A DNA stretch of 63,770 nucleotides, filler included, from Reclinomonas americana ATCC 50394 (lineage: Eukaryota), in assembly GCA_048213135.1 (NCBI GenBank). It is 14 parts of 14 records of this genome, joined end to end, with 100 filler letters (N's around TTAATTAATTAA, not from the genome) between each part and the next. Parts side by side here need not be neighbours in the genome. Positions count along the whole stretch, not along the records: positions 54,407 to 57,373 come from AFZH01018366.1; positions 57,474 to 62,197 come from AFZH01018367.1; positions 62,298 to 63,770 come from AFZH01018369.1; 11 more parts are not named here. One strand, given 5' to 3'. Made by a program: the position numbers and the translations under genes. The notes under the pieces are model-generated. The model was not told where the DNA came from, did not search any database, and saw only the letters and a program-made list of their open reading frames with translations. Of this stretch, positions 56,726 to 63,770 are shown piece by piece (the first letter of the stretch is position 1; every line of letters starts with the position of its first letter).

Positions 56726-57321
56726 TCTGCGAGGAAAGCAAAGAGAGAAGAGTGAGAGAGGAAGAGGAGAGAGGAAGAGGAGAGAGGAGAGTGAGAGGGA
56801 AGAGTGAAAGAAAGAGGAAGAAGAGAGGACAGAGAATGAGATTGAAAAATGCGCAGTGAGTGAGAGAGTGAGAGAGAGAGAGAGTGTGTGTGTGTGCGTT
56901 TGCAGCTCTTTGAATGTCTGTGCATGTGTGTGTGTGCATGTGTATGTGTGAAGGGCTGGGCGTTGTAAGTTGCGTTCTGTCCTGTTTTTTGTTGCTGTGT
57001 TGTGCGAGAGAGGAAAAGGTGTTCGGTTGTGAATGAGTTGACACACACACACATAGAGAGAAAGAGAAAAGGAGAGAGAGAGAATGGGTTGTTGTTGTGT
57101 GCGCCCACAGCGGTTTGTATGAACGCGCGTGCGAGTGTGAGAGAATGAGGGTGTTTACACTCACTCTCTCTCTCTCTGTGTCTTTCTCTTGACAGTGTAC
57201 ACCCGCATGTGTCTCCTCGACAGCGTTTTGATGAGGAGACACCTCCATCACCAGGAAGGTGCGACATTATCTCTCTCAAATGGACACGCGCAAAACAATC
57301 GCTCAGTCTCTCAATGTGTGT

Positions 57322-57365
<44 letters not shown>

Positions 57366-57541
57366 ATGTATGTNNNNNNNNNNNNNNNNNNNNNNNNNNN
57401 NNNNNNNNNNNNNNNNNTTAATTAATTAANNNNNNNNNNNNNNNNNNNNNNNNNNNNNNNNNNNNNNNNNNNNTCTCCTCCTCTTCTTCTTCTCTCTTCT
57501 TCTTCTTCTTCTCCTACTCTCTGCGTTGTGCCCTTCCACAG

Positions 57542-60500
57542 CCGCCACCACCACCACCATCATCGAAGGAAAGCACCCACGGATCAGGTCAGTCTTCCTC
57601 TTGTCTCTCTCTCTCTCTCTCTCAACTTCCCTTTTCTCACTCTTTCTCTGCAGTTAAGTCCCCGCGAGGCCGCGCTCTTGCAACAACAGCTGCAGCTTTT
57701 GCAGCAGCAGCAGGTCGATGCGCAGTGGAGTGTGGCGCCTGCGTTGCCGCCGCATGCGGGCGCTGTGGTCATGTCGTCGTCGACAGCTGCGTTTCTCTTG
57801 CTGGTTGTCTTTGTTTTCGTGCTTTTCTCTTTCCATTTCCCTCCCCTCCCTTCCCGCTTCAATAGTTGTGTCAGTTGTCTCCGTGTTTCCTCCCTTCACT
57901 TCCCTAAGTTCTTCTCTTCTCTCTCGTCGACAGTCGCTTTTCTCTTCGGATCCCTTTTGTCTTTGTTTTCTGCTCTTCTCTTCCCTTCTCTTCTTGTACC
58001 AACAGCCGTGTCAGTTGTCTCCGTGTTCTTCTCTTCTCTTCCCTTCTCTCTTCCTCCTCTTCCTTTTCTTCCCTTCTCCTTCCTCCTCTTCCGTTTCCTC
58101 CCACTTCTTCCCGCTCCAGCAGCTGTGTCAGCTGTTTCTGTCTCTCTTCTTCCCTTTGTTCTTCTCATCTCTCACGTCAACAATTGCGTCTCTCTTGTCT
58201 TTTTGTCTTTGTTTTCTGCACTTCTCTTCCTGCTCGTCAGCTGTTTCTGTCTCTCTTCCATTCCCTTTGTTCTTCTAATCTCTCACGTCGACAATCGCGT
58301 CTCTCTTGTCTTTCTGTCTTTGTTTTCTGCTCTTCTCTTCCTGCTCGTCAGCTGTTTCTGTCTCTCTTCTCATCCCTTTATTCTTCTCTTCTCTCTCGCC
58401 AACAGTCGCTTTCCTTGTCTTTTGTTTTCAGCTCTTCTCTTCCCTTTCTTCCCTTCTCTTCCCGCTCCAACAGCTGTGTTAGTTGTCTCTGTGTGCCTTC
58501 TCTTCTCCCTCCCTCCTCTTCCTTTTGTTCTTCTCGTCTCTCGTCAGAGTTGTATCTCTCTCTCTCTCCCCTTCCTTCTTCCCCTCACTTCCTTTCTCTC
58601 GCCCTTCCTCTTACCCTTCTCTATCTACACGCAGATACCACGCTCTGTCATCGTCTCGCCACCACCACCCATGCCACTGCCGGCACCGGTCGTCGACTAC
58701 CCGCCCCCACAATCGTCGCCTCGAGAAATGTCACAGCGTTGCGTTTCTTCCCACTCCAGTCGCCTGCGCATTCCTCTTTCCTTTCGTCCCTCACTACACT
58801 GCGCTGTTCTGACATTTGTCTCCTCACACCTGCGCACTCCTCTTCCTTTCTTCCTTGTCTACAGGTCGGCGTCGCAAGACTCGCAACTCGGCTCGCGCTG
58901 GCGGTGCGCCGTTATCCCCCTCTGCAATCTTCTCCCCCCTTTGCTGCTCACCATTTGCCCCCTCTTCCTCCTCCAGACCCTGGTTACACGGCCACGCGGC
59001 GGAGAGACGCTGCTGGCGATTCGTTGGCCACGTCAAATGGCAAGTCTTGCAGTCTGGGGCGAGATTGCACGCGTGTTCTCACTCATTCGCAATCGCAGTC
59101 CACACGCCGCGCACCGAGTCGCCAACACGCACGGCATCGCCACCACTCAGCTCCGTGGCCACCATGCCGTCGCTGCCGCCGTCTGTCGTTGTCCCACCGC
59201 TCTTTGTGGGCGAGCTGAATGGTGCTTTCCCCCTCGCAATGTACTTTCTCTCCCTATTTTTTTGGTCGCTCACCAGTGTCGTTCGCAGGTGGATCGTCAT
59301 CGTATGACGCGCCGGTGATGCGCTCCCCGTCTGATCCCTTGCCTTCACCGCATAATCGCACCACCAGTGGAACTCATGCACCATCGGCGCCATCCACAAT
59401 GCCAGTTCCACTCGTTGGTGAGTGTGTTTTTTTCTTTTCATCTCTTTCCATGCTTGTTGCTGAGTGCAGCACAGACGCCGCCGCTGCTGCTCGAGTCACT
59501 CCTGGCGATCACGACAATCAGGCAGATGCTACGGCACTCAGCGGCACCGATGACGACAGTGTGCACACTCTCGAAGTCGTCGAACGAATGGGCTCCGACA
59601 GTTGCGCTTTTCTTTGCCAAGATGCGCGCGCTCGTTGCGATCACCAGTTGATTAACTCGCTGTACCTTGTAGTCCTTGATGCGCGTCTAACACCGCGACA
59701 GCAAAACGTCCTTCAGGGTGCGTTGCATCCATTCATCTCACTTTTCTGCTCGCTCACGTCGTTGGTATTCGCAGACGGAAATCGCCAAGAACTCACCAAC
59801 CCGCTCGGTATCTGAATCCTCCACCCTCCCCTCCCCTTTCCCTTGCCCTCATTCTGCTTCTTTTCAGTCACCCCGCTCTCCCCCTTTACCGCCGAGGATC
59901 CCATGTTTGTCGAAGAGGCACAGACGCCGCGGAACCCGGAGCAAATCAGTGCCACTGCCTCGGAGGCCGACGCGGTGGTTCCTGTCAGTTGAGAGTCATC
60001 CCAACTCGCATCCTTCTTTTGCCTCGCTTACCCATCCTCACAGTGGATGATGTGGCCGCTGCGGAGCCATCTACATGGCGGAGACCACCGAGCGCCGATG
60101 CTGCCACCCAGACACCGAAAGCACGCCTCTCTTCCCGAGGTCCAGGTGAGCGAGGGGTGAGAGCGGGATGTCATTGATCGGTGAAGGCTCAACGGTTGGG
60201 CGCAGAAATATTTGCTGCCGACTTTCCGCGCGAGGTGGACAAGCGTCGCGTCGAGGTCGGAATGCAGACGGTGGATAGCGAACCAAGTGCGTGTTTTTCT
60301 CAGGAGATCGATTCCTTCCGTGCATTACCCACACCCCCTGCAGGACCCATTAGCGTGGATTCCTGGGTTCAGACGTCGTCGGCGGATCAAGTGCGAGCAA
60401 GTCCGGTTCCATCGGAAGAGTCGGCGCACTCGGAAGTCAGTCTCGCCCCGCCAGTGCCGCCTGTGCTCAGTGGTGTCCCTCGTTGCGCCGGCACACTTGC

Positions 60501-61938
60501 CTTGATTTCTATGCATCGCAGCTTACCTCACCCGATCGACACAACCCGCAGGCCTGCAGCTGTCACCGACATCCGCGCGAAGCACGGCGACCGCGGCTGA
60601 CTCACCTGCGCAGAGCCATCGAGCGGCCACACCGAGTGACTCGACGGTGGAAGACGCACCGCACTCTGTGGCAGTTGCGACTCCCACGCTATGCACTGCT
60701 CGCCTTCTTCTCTGTCTGATATTCGCTCCTTCATTGTAGGGCTTTGTCACACCGCGCAATGTGACCGTGCAGACCCCGTCCCACGAAGTGGCTCTGATGC
60801 TGCGCTGGAACGGTACAGCATCCCAATCCTCACTCGCTTCTTTTGTGACATTACCGTTCCTAACGACGATGTCAATCGCAGACGGAGAGGCGTACCCACT
60901 GTGCAATGCGCTGTCGGTCGCCGAGCGCCTGCTGTCGTCGGTGACGCAGAGTGGCGAGCACTCTGTCGCCGTCGGCGATTCGTCGGAGATTACCGATCAG
61001 GATCTGGAGGCCAGCACTCTGATTCGCGACGGACTGTCGCTGCTGGTGCGCGAAGGCTTGTGGGGCGTGCAGGCGTCGCCAGTGACGGTGGCCTCGTGGC
61101 TCTTGCACGCAGCGAACGCACATCACCGGTGAGATTTGCCGTGTTGCGGCTTGCTCCCTTGCAGCTTCTCACACTTCTCTCGTCGCGCAGCGTGTGGGCA
61201 GAGGCCACCACTCATCGGGCAGAGTTGGCGATGCCGGCGTCAGGCGACCGTCGCAGTTGTGTTCATTCATCCTCTTCCCTCCTCCTCCCCCGCACCGGTG
61301 CTCATGACAGACGCAGCGCCGTTCGAGTTGTGCGAATCCATCTTGCACCACCTGGAAATCATGCACGACCGCGAAGATCTGTCCACGCAATCGACAGATG
61401 CGGCCGAGCAGGAACACCAGTCGTTTGTCACCATGTGTCGCAACGCATGTGAGATTTGCGTGCGCGAAATGGACCGACAGCGCAAGGTGGCGATCGGGGG
61501 GCACGGCAAGCGCGCCACGCCGGCTCACGATCACGAGGTTGCGATTGATCGAATATCCCGTCTCTTGTTGCTTTCGTGGGGAGTCTCACACCTCTCCATG
61601 GTATGTGTCATACCCAGGCGTCGCTGGAGAACACCGCCTCGCAGCAGTTTGCCTGGTCCACTGGCGAGGCAGCGGCAGGGGCCGCATCGCGAGTGCTGGT
61701 GGGATTCATGCGCACGGTCTCTGTTCTCCAACGGTGCGTGTGTGTCCAAGTGGGGAGAATACCGCTCTGTCTTTGCTCAATAATGATGCGCAGTCGCGGC
61801 GAGTCGGTGCCACGACTGGAGGAGGACTCGGTGCGACAAATGAGCATCTACTTGCTCGAGGCGATTCACACGCTGTGCACGTCACGCAATGCTGGCGTCT
61901 ACCAGTTTGTGGGCATGAGCGAGGGTGTGCAGAAGCAG
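57542..61938 (+). CDS. Uncharacterised multi-exon protein: Pro/Ser/Gln-rich N-terminal part, helical C-terminal part; partial
   Basis: A chain of GT-AG exons, e.g. LSPREAALLQQQLQLLQQQQ; IPRSVIVSPPPPMPLPAP; EASTLIRDGLSLLVREGLW; FELCESILHHLEIMHDRE; VRQMSIYLLEAIHTLC. Confidence 0.6.
58130..58370. repeat. Intronic 111-bp pyrimidine-rich tandem repeat
   Basis: ttccctttgttcttct.atctctcacgtc.acaat.gcgtctctcttgtc at about 58150 and 58261. Confidence 0.75.
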
Positions 61939-62573
61939 GTACGGCGAAAAGGGGGAAAAGGAGGGGAAGAGAGGGGGAAGAGGAGGGGAAGAAGAGAGAG
62001 GGAGTGAAGAAGGGGGAGAAGCAAGAAAAGAGAGGGGGAAGACGAAGAGGGAAGAGGAGGGGAAGAGAGGAGAAAGAGAAGGGATGGGGGAAGGAAAAGG
62101 GGGAAGAGAAGGGTGCAGTGAAGAAAAAAGGAAGAGAGAGAGAGAAGGGAGAAGAGAAGGGGAGAAGAGAAGGGGAAAGGAGGGAAGAGAAGGGGAANNN
62201 NNNNNNNNNNNNNNNNNNNNNNNNNNNNNNNNNNNNNNNNNTTAATTAATTAANNNNNNNNNNNNNNNNNNNNNNNNNNNNNNNNNNNNNNNNNNNNATA
62301 AGAATTAGAAGAAATACGGGACGGGAGCAAGAAAGAGTGAAGAGAGAGAGAAAAGAGAGGAAGAGAGAGGGAATGCGAGAGGGACGAGCAAGGAAAGAAA
62401 GAAATAAGGAAAACACAAACACAAACAAACACACATAATCACAATAAGCACTCGTCAATTCCTCTTCATCGTGACCCGCAAACACACAATGCGCGACAAA
62501 CCAGCACTGTGCAAACAACACAGCAAGTGAACAGAACGACTCGCCAGCAGCACCACCAAAGCGCACCACTCAC

Positions 62574-62899
62574 CATGCGCCAACATGAACTCGTCCTTCA
62601 CCGTGGACATGATGTTGAAGATCTTGGACTCGGGATTCTCGGGAGTGAAGAAGCGGCAGTCGGAGGCATAGTCGCGATCCGGCAGCGGCTTGCCGAGCTC
62701 CGGGTACAGGAACGAGAGGAAGTGGCGGGCGTCGTTGGCACGCTGGAACAAGCCAAACACCAGCACCAGCAGGTACGACACGCCAATGCCGAGGGTCAGT
62801 CGCCACACCACGACCGATGGTCGATGCATGGCCTCCTCGATGGACTTGACGTGGAGGGCGCAGTAGAGGAGGAAGGTGGCCACGCAGGCGGCCAGGCCA
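62574..62899 (-). CDS. Base-exchange phosphatidylserine synthase (PSS/PTDSS family), internal exon
   Basis: RPSVVVWRL..G....YLL.L.F.LFQRANDARHFLSFLYPELG..LPDRDYASDCR..TPENP.....I...VKDEFMLAH. Confidence 0.9.
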
Positions 62900-63770
62900 C
62901 TGGAATAGGGAAGGTGAGAGGGGATGGGGGAGAGAAGGGAGAAGGGAGAAGGGAGGGAAGGGATAGGGTGAAGGGAAGAGAGGGGCCACAGGAGAAGGAG
63001 AGCGAGAAGGGAGGGAGAGGGAGAAGGAGAAGTGTGACGGGTGGGGGAAGGGAGGGAGAGAGGGAGAGGGAGAGAAGGAGAAGGGAGGGAGAGGAAGAGG
63101 AAGAGGAAGAGATGGGCCACAGGAGAAGGAGGCAGTGGGAAATGAGGGATGGAGTGCAGGGAGAGTGGAAGGGCGCGAGACGAACAAAGAGATGATACGA
63201 CGGAGACCGGCGATGATATGAAAAATCACACGTGGAGCGCAATGCAAGTCTGTTCAGCACGGACATCAACATGAGAGGAATGATCGAAGAGGGGAAGGAG
63301 GAGGGCAGCAGGAGAGTGATGGAATGGAGGCGAGAGAAGATAAACGAGGAGAGAATGAGGGACAGAGGCGGAGAGGGCGAGCGAGCGAAGCAGTGGAGAG
63401 TGAGTGGGGAGAAGGGGACACCATGAAACGAATGAGAGAGAAGAAGAAGAAGGGAGAGAGAGATGCACACGACACAATGCACACGAGCGATTGTGTAAGA
63501 GCGAAGACAGGAAGGAGGGGAAGAAACGGGACAAGAGTCTGACAGAAAGGATGGCACAAGAGGGTCAGTGTGAGAGAGTGAGAGTATGTGTGCATGAGTG
63601 AGGAGGGAGAGGGCGGCATAACAGAGACAGAGGAGACGACAGAAACTTGAATAGACACCCACGTGGCGCGCATTGCAAATCGGTTCACCTTGAAACGAAT
63701 GAGAGAGAGAGAGAGAGAGAAGAAGAAGAAGAAGAAGAAGAAGAAGAAGAAGAAGAAGAAGAAGAAGAAG

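Noticed and set aside
57528..59318. 596-aa Leu/Phe/Ser-rich ORF resembling a multi-pass membrane protein (similar ORFs at 18436-19728, 20011-20883, 32202-33278, 54740-55702)
   Set aside because: Read-through of CT-rich introns that lack stop codons; compositional artefact.

Overview
Gene-dense, intron-rich nuclear DNA from a flagellated, mitochondriate microbial eukaryote (species not identifiable from this window). It is a draft scaffold with 13 artificial 100-nt gaps (N44-TTAATTAATTAA-N44) and many GA/GT microsatellite introns. I reconstructed the genes by hand from GT-AG exons, and all family calls come from motif recognition, not database searches. In order: a >10 kb surface-type protein built from tandem exon cassettes (7-blade Asp-box propeller + EGF stalk); a CISD3-like Fe-S protein whose first motif reads CDGSC; GBE1; a divergent PIG-A; an unknown nuclear protein (USP-like + ubiquitin-like + RAMA-like); a membrane-anchored yellow/MRJP-like protein; NUBPL/Ind1; DNAI7/CASC1; two intronless tandem WD40 genes; TRAPPC1; an RME-8-like protein lacking J and GYF domains; an XRN1 fragment; an NHL-repeat fragment; a CIP2A-like gene; unknown genes; and a phosphatidylserine synthase exon. 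The most notable signals are a recurrent atypical 5' splice-site class (GTTGCG, no +5 G), the phase-symmetric propeller/EGF cassette array with mosaic blades, the natural His-to-Cys CDGSH variant, the J-less RME-8 and the USP/Ubl/RAMA architecture. No prokaryotic features, CRISPR arrays, tRNA/rRNA genes or transposases were recognised.
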